64,000 nucleotides of DNA from an uncultured Candidatus Saccharibacteria bacterium (GTDB lineage Bacteria; Patescibacteriota; Minisyncoccia; Phycocordibacterales; UBA2100). Of the stretch, positions 47,181 to 55,832 are shown one piece after another (the stretch's first letter is position 1; each line of letters opens with the position of its first letter). Location: NCBI GenBank assembly GCA_964589005.1, contig CAZPQI010000001.1, positions 67,675 through 131,674 of the forward strand, read 5' to 3'. The translations under genes and the position numbers were made by a program. A model generated the notes under the pieces. That model searched no databases and was not told the DNA's origin. It was given only the letters and a program-made list of their open reading frames with translations.

Positions 47181-47193
47181 GGAGAAAATGATG

Positions 47194-47309
47194 TGTTGCT
47201 TGACCACCAAGCGATGGCGAGAGTCCGCATTCCAGACGTTGTCATTGTCAAAGCGGTTCACGTTGACCTTGAGCTTACCAGCATTCACATTGACGTTAGC
47301 GACAAACAG
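47194..47309 (-). repeat. DGR template repeat (TR)
   Basis: The minus-strand reading frame is LFVANVNVNAGKLKVNVNRFDNDNVWNADSRHRLVVKQ, with 8 AAC/AAT codons. It is 100% identical to the VR except at 10 adenines. Confidence 0.85.
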
Positions 47310-47638
47310 AGACGATATGTGAAGTGTGCCATCCATACCACCAACATTTGATAGCGAATTAACAAATATTTGTATTTTATGCGAGACCTAAAAGTCTTCA
47401 GAGAACACCTCACCAACAAACTATTTTTTTAAAAGAAATAACGTAACCATGCTCCAATCAGTCGTAACTTTATGAACTCTAAACTACGTCTTCCTACACA
47501 CAAACTTCCAAAGCCGTGACCGTTGAAATATTATCTGTGGCTTCCTTAGTATACAAAAGAAATCCCTCGGGCGCCCATAAAAAATGAGAGCGTCCGAGGG
47601 ACTAAGGTTCAAAGGGTCAAAGACCAAAGTGCAAAGAA

Positions 47639-48295
47639 TCAAACAGTCTGTTGCTTGACCACCAAGCGATGGCGAGAGTCCGCACGCCAGACGTAGCCAT
47701 AGTCAAAGCGGTCCACGTAGACCTTGAGCTTACCAGCACTCACATCGACGTAAGCGACAAACAGTTCATCATTTACTTCAAACAAAAAGAAGGTGCCATA
47801 TCCTTCTTGCCGGAGCAAGTCGCGATGCGAGCGGCAAAACTCTTTTATCTGTCCCTGGGTGAGACAGAACTTGTGTGGGTCGCCGAGTGAGCTAAACAGC
47901 GTTTGATAGTTACCGTCGTGTGTCATTTCGTACACGTCAACGGCTGTTTTTTCGGTGTCTTCGCCGGGGACGTTCGTGCTCCAGTTTTTGAAGTCACTGT
48001 CAACCCATCCGTTGAAGACGTCGTTGGCTTTAGCGAGTGTGACCGCGCCCTTCGCGAAAGCGATGGTGGTACTTTCAAGATAATGGAGGTAATCGTTGTC
48101 CTTGGTAGGGGCGATGGCCTCTAAAAATGCCTCGATACCACATTCCATTGCTTCGGCTCCAGCCTGAGTGCCAAGACGATGAATCGCCTCATCACTTATT
48201 CCGTGTTCACGGAGTCCGTTGATAACCCCACCTGCAAACTGAACGAGCCAACCTGCACCAGAGATAATCTCGTGTGGTTTATTTTTGCTAGACAT
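47639..48295 (-). CDS. DGR target protein (218 aa) with C-terminal variable region
   Basis: No signal peptide (MSSKNKPHEIISGAG...). The last 41 residues (LFVAYVDVSAGKLKVYVDRFDYGYVWRADSRHRLVVKQQTV) are encoded by the VR. Confidence 0.8.
   Translation of the reverse strand: MSSKNKPHEIISGAGWLVQFAGGVINGLREHGISDEAIHRLGTQAGAEAMECGIEAFLEAIAPTKDNDYLHYLESTTIAFAKGAVTLAKANDVFNGWVDSDFKNWSTNVPGEDTEKTAVDVYEMTHDGNYQTLFSSLGDPHKFCLTQGQIKEFCRSHRDLLRQEGYGTFFLFEVNDELFVAYVDVSAGKLKVYVDRFDYGYVWRADSRHRLVVKQQTV
47649..47764 (-). repeat. DGR variable repeat (VR)
   Basis: Aligned to the TR, the substitutions are N>Y, N>D, N>S, N>Y, N>D, N>Y, D>G, N>Y and N>R (the last being 2 nt). Every changed nucleotide is A in the TR. 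Confidence 0.85.
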
Positions 48296-48615
48296 TTTAG
48301 TCCTTCCTATGGTTCAAATCTCATTCAGAACGTGTGTCCCAAACCTCATTCTCACCAATTTAAGTTGAAAAATACTACGCCACAATGGTCATAGCTACAA
48401 ATCACCTAAACTTAGGTACCTTGTAGCTATAACCAACAAAATCTCTTATGTAAAGAACTATGCGTATACTATACCACATTTTATAGAGTACGCAAGTTCG
48501 CAAGTCCTGAAAGACAGGTAGAAATACACAGGATGCACAAAAAAACTGTTTCGTAGTTACGTAGCGAATCCAGTGTTGGGTATACTGTATGAAGCTTCAA
48601 ATTCATACTAGATCA

Positions 48616-48641
48616 AAGTGTATCGGTTAACCGATACACTT
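48616..48641. repeat. 26-bp perfect palindrome aagtgtatcggttaaccgatacactt (copy 2 of 2), flanked by a 7-bp direct repeat actagat
   Basis: Identical to 6864-6889. actagat lies at 48607-48613 and at 48646-48652. Confidence 0.85.
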
Positions 48642-48669
48642 ATGCACTAGATTTTAAGATTAATTTTAG

Positions 48670-48707
48670 AAATAATACCGCACTTGTTAATAAGTGCGGT
48701 ATTATTT
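48670..48707. repeat. 38-bp near-perfect AT-rich palindrome (aaataataccgcactt gttaat aagtgcggtattattt)
   Basis: 15-bp arms. Lies directly after palindrome copy 2, mirroring the arrangement at 6864-6944. Confidence 0.75.
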
Positions 48708-48779
48708 AAGCTAGCAGCTCCAAGCTCACGACTACTTTCCCAAGGCGAGCAAGAGTGCTGCTAGTTCGAGGAGTATAAG

Positions 48780-48827
48780 AAAACTACTTCGAGATGTACG
48801 TCTTTGGTACTTCTCGAAGTAGTTTTT
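48780..48827. terminator. rpoD terminator: 15-bp-stem hairpin (aaaactacttcgaga...tctcgaagtagtttt) flanked by A and T runs
   Basis: Lies 40 bp downstream of the rpoD stop on the minus strand. Symmetric, so it could act bidirectionally. Confidence 0.7.
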
Positions 48828-48867
48828 GTAAATGCGACAAAGAAATAGTAGTGCTGTTGCTCGCCGA

Positions 48868-50148
48868 CTAGTAGTTTTTCAACTGAGCAGCCCTCTCGTG
48901 TAATCGTATTTTCTCAAGCGACTTTGCTTCAATTTGTCGGATACGTTCGCGCGTAACACCAAACATCTTTCCAACTTCTTCAAGTGTGTGGCAAATCCCC
49001 TCTTCGTTGAGGCCGTTACGCATTTCCAGAATTTTTCGTTCTTTATCTGAAAGTTCTTCAAGTACTGCAGTAATATGCTCTGAAAGAATACGACGACTCG
49101 CGGATTGGTCGGGGGACTCCATTCTATCGTCGGCAATAAAGTGCCCAAGTGTTGACTTGTCTTCGCCTTCATCACCCACTGGTGATTCCAAACTAATAGT
49201 TGCTTGGCTAATTTTCTGAATATGGTGAATTTTCTCAACATCTAAGTCCATTTCTACCGCGACTTCTTCTGGCATTGGGTCTCGCCCTAAGTGTTGCGAA
49301 AGCTCGCGCACTCGCTGTTTATACTTTGCGATTGTTTCCACCATGTGCACAGGAATACGAATCGTGCGCGACTGGTCGGCAAGTGCACGAGTAATAGCTT
49401 GGCGAATCCACCATGTTGCGTATGTTGAGAATTTATATCCTTTTGTGTAATCAAATTTATCAACTGCCTTAAACAGACCAAGGTTTCCTTCTTGAATAAG
49501 GTCGAGTAACGTAAGGTCGCTTGAACGTCCTACATACTTTTTGGCAATCGAGACTACAAGACGCAAGTTCGAACGAGCTAAAATACCGCGCGCCTCATCG
49601 TCGCCAACCTCAATACGCTTTGCGAGCTCTTTTTCCATATCAGCATTAATAAGTGGGTATTGACCAATTTCGCGCAAGTACATTTGTACTGAGTCGCGAG
49701 ACGCATCCGACCCTGAGCCAAACTTTTTCTTATCAAGAATAGTTTCGGTGTTATTTTCTAGAAGACCACCACTTTCGAGCACATCAATCCTCGCTGCTGC
49801 GAAACGTTCGTACAGTTCCTCAAGAAATACAATATCCTGCTCGATAGCGGGAAACTCTTTAAGAATCTCATCGTATGTAACATACCCGCGTTCGTGTCCT
49901 TTTTTCAATAGCTTTTCCGCTTGACGTTCCTTTTTTGACGCCCCTTTCTTTGGTGGTGTACGTTTTGGAGTAATTTTTTTAATCGCAGCTTTAACAACGG
50001 GTACAACCTTAGAAACAGCGGGTTTCTTCGTGATTTTCCTTACCGCTTTTTTTACTGACGTTTTTTTAGCAACCTTTTTGGTCACTGCTTTCTTCTTTAC
50101 TACTGCCTTTCTAGGGGCAATTTTCTTTGTGGTCTTCTTTTTGGCCAT
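48868..50148 (-). CDS. rpoD: RNA polymerase sigma-70 factor RpoD with Lys/Ala-rich N-terminal tail
   Basis: Regions 1.2 to 4 are all present ([21 protein letters not shown], the [14 protein letters not shown] -10 recognition motif and the 4.2 [21 protein letters not shown]). The N-terminal roughly 75 aa is about 35% Lys ([27 protein letters not shown]...). Confidence 0.95.
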   Translation of the reverse strand: MAKKKTTKKIAPRKAVVKKKAVTKKVAKKTSVKKAVRKITKKPAVSKVVPVVKAAIKKITPKRTPPKKGASKKERQAEKLLKKGHERGYVTYDEILKEFPAIEQDIVFLEELYERFAAARIDVLESGGLLENNTETILDKKKFGSGSDASRDSVQMYLREIGQYPLINADMEKELAKRIEVGDDEARGILARSNLRLVVSIAKKYVGRSSDLTLLDLIQEGNLGLFKAVDKFDYTKGYKFSTYATWWIRQAITRALADQSRTIRIPVHMVETIAKYKQRVRELSQHLGRDPMPEEVAVEMDLDVEKIHHIQKISQATISLESPVGDEGEDKSTLGHFIADDRMESPDQSASRRILSEHITAVLEELSDKERKILEMRNGLNEEGICHTLEEVGKMFGVTRERIRQIEAKSLEKIRLHERAAQLKNY

Positions 50149-50396
50149 ATATTTTAATTTCTAAACCTGTTCCCATATAATAATCTTCGCCTATTACGCT
50201 TAGTTCTGGCTACAACTTGCTTCGTAAACCTCACCAATACGGTGTATTGATTCAACTTGCTCAACTTCGTTTCGCTCAAAACGCCACGTAATATACTTCG
50301 AAGATTAAACGTGAACAGGTCTTACTTTATAGTGTTTTAAATAAAATTCAACTGTTTTGCTCCACTTGGACCTCCGACTTCCAAGTTGGCGTTATC

Positions 50397-52094
50397 TTAT
50401 AAATTTGCGAGCTTTATATGTAACTCTTGGCACTTCAGTGCCATTTCCTCTATTTTTTTTGCATTCCCCTCGCTTTCTGCTTTTTTAAGTTCTGCACTAG
50501 CTATTTCCAACTCTTTTCTAACTCCTCCATTTATTAAGCGCTCGAGTAAATCATTAATTGCGCTCCTTGTTGCGTCTTCTGTTGTATATAACAATTCGAA
50601 TCGGAACGCTGCTTCTGTATCACCTATTAATCTTTCTTCATGTGCTTTAAAACCAATTGGCGTAAGTGCATCTTCTATCTGTTTTTTAAATCTTTTAACA
50701 TCAACAAATGGTTCGCTAAGACTTTTTTGCCATAGGTACATTAACATCAACTCGTTTTCTACATTACGTACCTTCTCCATACGTTTTTCTTTATCACCCC
50801 CATTAGTAACTCCAGCATTTAATGGTGTCGCTTTTATTTTGGAAAGCTCTTGTCGTACCGCTTCTTCTTTTACTGCCAACTGAGCAGCAACTTTTTGAAT
50901 AAAGTGACTCTTGTCTATTTCGCTCGCAATGTCGTGTAAATATGGCAACACCTCTTTGGTTACGATAAGTTTAAATGCGCGGTCGTCTTTTGCATGCTCG
51001 CGATAATATTCTAGAAGAAACTCTACAACATGTTTAGAATCTTTTATCGCCTTCTTCCAATTATCTACGTCGCCTCTTCCAAGCATATCCGACGGATCCT
51101 CTCCTTCTGGCAAGGCAACTATCTTTACATCAAACCCGGCGCGCAGCGCAGCGCGAGCCGACTTCCCTGCACTTGCGATGCCTGCCTCATCTGAATCCAG
51201 TGCTAAGCAAAGATTATTCGACATTCGCCCCAGTAACACAATATGCTCGGGGGTCAGTGCAGTGCCCGAAAGCGCCACGGTGTTTGTATATTTCGCTTGA
51301 TGTGTCGCTAGCAAATCCATTTGACCTTCAACTAACACTGCAAAATTTGTTTTACGAATAGCCTGTCGTGCCCTATCGTAGCCGTATAAAATTTTCGATT
51401 TATGATACAGCGCAGTTTCAGGAGAATTTATATATTTCCCAGTGTTGTCGTCTTCTTTATCGAATATCCTTCCTGAGAACGCCACCACACGCCCTACACT
51501 ATCAGTAATGGGAAACATAATCCGTGAGCGAAAACGATCATAAAAGCCTTTATCTCCCTTTTTTATCAACCCCGCATCTTCAATATGCTTCTCACTAAAT
51601 CCAGCTGCCCTAAGATGGTCCAGTGCACCACTCCACCCATCGGGCGCAAATCCAACACGAAAAGATTCAATAGTTTCTTTAGTCAGACCGCGATCGGTTA
51701 AGTACTTGATCGCCTTTTTATTTTTCTTTAGGTTGTCTACATAATACGCAGTTACCGATTCAAGAATAGAAAACAAAGTATCTTTGTCGTCTTTCTGAAC
51801 TCCTTTGTCGAATGTTAACTCTACTCCAGATTTATCGGCGAGCATTTTAAGTGCACCTCTAAAATCAAGCCCCTCGATTTCTTGCACAAAAGTGAAAATG
51901 TCGCCGCCCACACCGCAACCAAAGCAGTGATACGTATCTCGCATAGGTGACACAATAAACGACGGGGTCTTTTCTGCGTGGAACGGGCACTTACCCTTCA
52001 GGTTACTCCCCGCTGCTTTAAGTTCAACGTACTGCCCTACCACTTCCTCGATAGAAAGCCGTTCTTTTATATTTTCTACATTTCCTATAGCCAT
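50397..52094 (-). CDS. dnaG: DNA primase
   Basis: CPFHAEKTPSF zinc ribbon, RNA-polymerase domain and TOPRIM (EGQMDLL, ALDSDEAG) motifs. Confidence 0.95.
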   Translation of the reverse strand: MAIGNVENIKERLSIEEVVGQYVELKAAGSNLKGKCPFHAEKTPSFIVSPMRDTYHCFGCGVGGDIFTFVQEIEGLDFRGALKMLADKSGVELTFDKGVQKDDKDTLFSILESVTAYYVDNLKKNKKAIKYLTDRGLTKETIESFRVGFAPDGWSGALDHLRAAGFSEKHIEDAGLIKKGDKGFYDRFRSRIMFPITDSVGRVVAFSGRIFDKEDDNTGKYINSPETALYHKSKILYGYDRARQAIRKTNFAVLVEGQMDLLATHQAKYTNTVALSGTALTPEHIVLLGRMSNNLCLALDSDEAGIASAGKSARAALRAGFDVKIVALPEGEDPSDMLGRGDVDNWKKAIKDSKHVVEFLLEYYREHAKDDRAFKLIVTKEVLPYLHDIASEIDKSHFIQKVAAQLAVKEEAVRQELSKIKATPLNAGVTNGGDKEKRMEKVRNVENELMLMYLWQKSLSEPFVDVKRFKKQIEDALTPIGFKAHEERLIGDTEAAFRFELLYTTEDATRSAINDLLERLINGGVRKELEIASAELKKAESEGNAKKIEEMALKCQELHIKLANL

Positions 52095-52162
52095 AGATAA
52101 TTCCTATGTTAGCACGCTTAACTAGCTTATTAGCCACTAAACTACGTAGATTTAAAGCCTAT

Positions 52163-55100
52163 TTATCTATCTCGCGGCGGTTCGTTTTGTGTAAGTTCCT
52201 TTTGTAAGTTTTTAATGGCATCGTACTTCTTACTTCCTTCAAATCCTGATCCTGCGGGAATAATTCGCCCAACAATCACGTTCTCTTTCAACCCAACAAG
52301 ATTGTCTTGTGCTCCACGAACGGCAGCTTCGCTTAATTTACGTGTAGTGTTTTGGAATGATGCTGAAGAAAGGAAACTATTTCGCGTAAGTGACGTTTCG
52401 GTAATACCAGTTACAACTTGGTCGGCAACGGCAACTATTCCCTTTGCCTCCTTAACCCTATCGTTTTCAATTTCTAATTGAACATCCTCAATCACCTGTC
52501 CCACAGAGAATTTCGTATCTCCTGAACTTTTGATTTTTCGACGTGAGAACATTTGCTTAATTACCACCTCAAGGTGCTTACGAGAAATCGAAATACCTTG
52601 GAGTTCATAAATCTTATTAATTTCAGTAATTATGTATTCTTGGGTGAGTTCCTTTCCTGCATAAAGGAAGAGTTCGGGAAGCTCTGCAGATCCGTCAGTC
52701 ATAAAATCTCCCTTAGTTACCGATTGCCCTTTCTTTACCAGAATCTGTCGCACGTGTGGAATTTTGTACTCCAATTCACGCTTCTTTGAACTCTTGCTTG
52801 TTCCTGTTGGAAGCAACGTAATAATCGTATCGTCTCCTTCTTTAATAAGATCAGAAACGACTCCGTCAATTCGTGCAAGAGTTGCCGGGCTCTTAGGTGA
52901 GCGCTTATCAAACACCTCTTCCACGCGTGGCAAACCTTGCGTAATATCTCCACCAATTGAGGCGGTACCACCTGCGTGCTTTGTGTTCATGGTTAGCTGA
53001 GTCGACGGTTCTCCAAGTGACTGCGCAGCAACCGTACCAACTGCTTCTCCAAGATCAACGAGTTCATTTGTAGTTAGGTCGTATCCGTAACACTGCTGAC
53101 ACACACCTTTGCGAGTTTTACATGTCATAGGTGAGCGCACCATAGCGCTTTCTATACCTGAATTTTCGATAACCTCTGCATCTATTGCAGAAACCAAGTG
53201 CCCTCGTTTAAAGAGTTCTTTCTTTCCGTCTATCAACGGCTCTGAAAGAGTACGTCCTTTTGTTGCACGTCCGATAGAAATTTCCATTCCTAATGCGTTT
53301 ATACGAGAAACTAATGCCCCATCTTTTGTTCCACAGTTCTTTTCGGTAATAACGATGTCTTGTGCCACGTCAAAGAGTCGACGTGTTAGATATCCGGCCT
53401 GTGCAGTTTTAAGTGCAGTATCGGCTAGGCCCTTGCGAGATCCGTGAGTCGTAATGAAGTATTCAATTGGTGTCATTCCCTCTTTATATGAAGCAATAAC
53501 AGGAGTTTCAATAATATCTCCTTTCGGGTTTTGAATAAGCCCCTTCATTCCTGTCATCTGAGTAAGCTGGCCAACTGAACCACGAGCACCTGAAGTAATC
53601 ATGTCACTTACTGAACCATGCGGGTCAACTGCGTCCATCACTGATTCTTCAATTTGAGTTTTCGCTTTTTGCCACAGTTCAATAGACATGCGACGTCGCT
53701 CTCCATCTGAAAGAAGCCCCTCGTTGTATTGTTCTCGAAGTTCAAGAACTGCTTTTTTTGTAACCTCAATTATTTCTTCTTTCTTAACTGGTGAAGCAAG
53801 GTCAGAAAGTCCCCAAGTAACGCCAGAGTGAGTAGCATATTTGAATCCAAAGACCTTAATTTTGTCGAGAATTTTTGGCATACCCTCAAGTCCGTACTGT
53901 GCAATAAGAGCGTCTACAAGTTTATTCATGTATCGGCGGTCGACAGTCTCGTTGATGTACGGGAAGTCTGTTGGCAACACCGTATTGAACAAAAGTCGTC
54001 CTACCGTAGTTTCGAATAGTTTTCCTTCAAATTCTTTGTATTTTTCTGAATCTCCAGGAAGAACCTGGATTTTTGAACGGAAGCCCACTATGTCGTAGTC
54101 GTATGCGCCAATAGCGCGGTTTGTAGTTTCAAATATCGCCCCTTCTCCTTTTTCTCCCTCAACAATTTTAGTCATCCAGTAAATTCCGAGGATCATATCC
54201 TGACGAGCGTTTGTTGTAACATCCCCCGATCCTGGCTTCAGAATATTCTTGTGTGACGACATAATAGTTCGTGCCTCAAACTGTGCTTCGTCACTAAGAG
54301 GCACGTGTACTGCCATCTGGTCGCCATCAAAGTCGGCGTTAAACGCTTCACACACTAATGGATGAAGTTGAATAGCACTTCCTTCAATAAGTACGGGGCG
54401 GAACCCTTGCATACTTTGACGGTGCAATGTTGGTGCGCGGTTTAGGAGTACGTACTTTTCTCGAATTACTTCTTCAAGAATCGCCCATACTTCTGGAATT
54501 CCTTCTTCTATAAGTCGCCCCGCTCCACGAATGTTGTATGCGATTTCTCGCTCAAGGAGTCCTGCAATAATAAACGGACGGAACAATTCCAATGCCATGT
54601 GCTTAGGAAGTCCACATTGGTCAAGAGAAAGATCTGGACCAACCACAATTACACTTCGTCCTGAATAGTCTACTCGCTTACCAAGTAAGTTTTGGCGGAA
54701 GTATCCCTGTTTTCCTTTAAGATAATCTGCAAGAGACTTAAGTGGTCGTGAGCGTTGCCCGCCAACTGAGTAGGCGGTGTTTCCACGGCGCACCGAGTTG
54801 TCGAGCAGTGCATCAACTGCCTCTTGCAAAATTCGTTTTTCGTTACGCAAGATTACGTCTGGTGCATAAATATCCTTAAGTTTTTTAAGTCGGTTGTTTC
54901 GGTTAATGACACGTCGGTAGAGGTCGTTAATGTCCGACGAAGCGTGTCGTCCACCCTCAAGTGCAACCATCGGTCGCAGAGCAGGTGGAATAATTGGAAG
55001 CCTAGTCATAAACATCCATTCGGGGCGAACATTTGCGTCGTGCATTTGTTTTACTAATGCAATACGCTTTTGTAGTTTTACTCGCTCTGCTGCTCCGGCA

Positions 55101-55828
55101 CTTTCACTTTTTTCTGTAAGAATTTTTAAAAATTCTGGAAGGTCGAGCTTTACAAAAATGTCGTATAGAGCTTCAGCTCCAATTTTTGCTTCAAAACATG
55201 CCGAATACTTAAGTGCAAATTTGTGATATTCACCTTCTTCAAGCACTACTCCTTCCTTGATACTTTCAATTTCTTTCTTCGCAACTGTTGCAAGCTCTTT
55301 CAAAACTTTCTTTGTTTTTTCATCTTTAACTTCCTTGCTCTTAGCCTTAAATTCGCTTTCCAAGTCTTTCAGCAATCGCGCTTTCTCATCGTTAATCACT
55401 TTCGTAATAATGTATCCCGCAAAATAGACTACCTTTTCCACTTCAGAAGCAGAGATACCAAGTAGTAATGCGATTCGTGATGGGATTCCACGATGGAACC
55501 AAATGTGCGCTACGGGTGTTGCAAGTTCGATGTGTCCCATTCGCTCACGGCGCACAACACTTCGCGTTATTTCTACGCCACATTTTTCACATACGATTCC
55601 TTTAAATCGGATGCCACGATACTTTCCACAATAGCATTCGAAGTCTTTTTCTGGACCAAAAATCTTTTCGTCGAAAAGACCATTTTTCTCTGGCCGTTGT
55701 GTACGGTAGTTAATTGTTTCTGGTTTGGTAACCTCTCCACGAGACCACTCCAGTACCCTCTCAGGTGACGCGAGTTTAAGCGTTACCTTGTCGAAATCAT
55801 TTATGAGCATTTCTTTGTTGGTTTTCAT
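52163..55828 (-). CDS. rpoC: DNA-directed RNA polymerase subunit beta'
   Basis: 1221 aa. CxxC zinc motif, NADFDGDQM catalytic loop, and the bridge helix and trigger loop regions. Confidence 0.98.
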   Translation of the reverse strand: MKTNKEMLINDFDKVTLKLASPERVLEWSRGEVTKPETINYRTQRPEKNGLFDEKIFGPEKDFECYCGKYRGIRFKGIVCEKCGVEITRSVVRRERMGHIELATPVAHIWFHRGIPSRIALLLGISASEVEKVVYFAGYIITKVINDEKARLLKDLESEFKAKSKEVKDEKTKKVLKELATVAKKEIESIKEGVVLEEGEYHKFALKYSACFEAKIGAEALYDIFVKLDLPEFLKILTEKSESAGAAERVKLQKRIALVKQMHDANVRPEWMFMTRLPIIPPALRPMVALEGGRHASSDINDLYRRVINRNNRLKKLKDIYAPDVILRNEKRILQEAVDALLDNSVRRGNTAYSVGGQRSRPLKSLADYLKGKQGYFRQNLLGKRVDYSGRSVIVVGPDLSLDQCGLPKHMALELFRPFIIAGLLEREIAYNIRGAGRLIEEGIPEVWAILEEVIREKYVLLNRAPTLHRQSMQGFRPVLIEGSAIQLHPLVCEAFNADFDGDQMAVHVPLSDEAQFEARTIMSSHKNILKPGSGDVTTNARQDMILGIYWMTKIVEGEKGEGAIFETTNRAIGAYDYDIVGFRSKIQVLPGDSEKYKEFEGKLFETTVGRLLFNTVLPTDFPYINETVDRRYMNKLVDALIAQYGLEGMPKILDKIKVFGFKYATHSGVTWGLSDLASPVKKEEIIEVTKKAVLELREQYNEGLLSDGERRRMSIELWQKAKTQIEESVMDAVDPHGSVSDMITSGARGSVGQLTQMTGMKGLIQNPKGDIIETPVIASYKEGMTPIEYFITTHGSRKGLADTALKTAQAGYLTRRLFDVAQDIVITEKNCGTKDGALVSRINALGMEISIGRATKGRTLSEPLIDGKKELFKRGHLVSAIDAEVIENSGIESAMVRSPMTCKTRKGVCQQCYGYDLTTNELVDLGEAVGTVAAQSLGEPSTQLTMNTKHAGGTASIGGDITQGLPRVEEVFDKRSPKSPATLARIDGVVSDLIKEGDDTIITLLPTGTSKSSKKRELEYKIPHVRQILVKKGQSVTKGDFMTDGSAELPELFLYAGKELTQEYIITEINKIYELQGISISRKHLEVVIKQMFSRRKIKSSGDTKFSVGQVIEDVQLEIENDRVKEAKGIVAVADQVVTGITETSLTRNSFLSSASFQNTTRKLSEAAVRGAQDNLVGLKENVIVGRIIPAGSGFEGSKKYDAIKNLQKELTQNEPPRDR

Positions 55829-55832
55829 ACGC

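Larger units (their letters stand above)
45784..48295 (-). mobile_element. diversity-generating retroelement (DGR) cassette: target(VR) - TR - [avd, opposite strand] - RT
   Basis: See the component features. TR and VR are 116 bp each and 455 bp apart, with 10 mismatches that are all at TR adenines. Confidence 0.85.

Noticed and set aside
47109-47336. 75-aa minus-strand ORF
   Set aside because: It is simply the reading frame through the DGR template repeat, showing its Asn-codon-rich translation. Not an independent gene.
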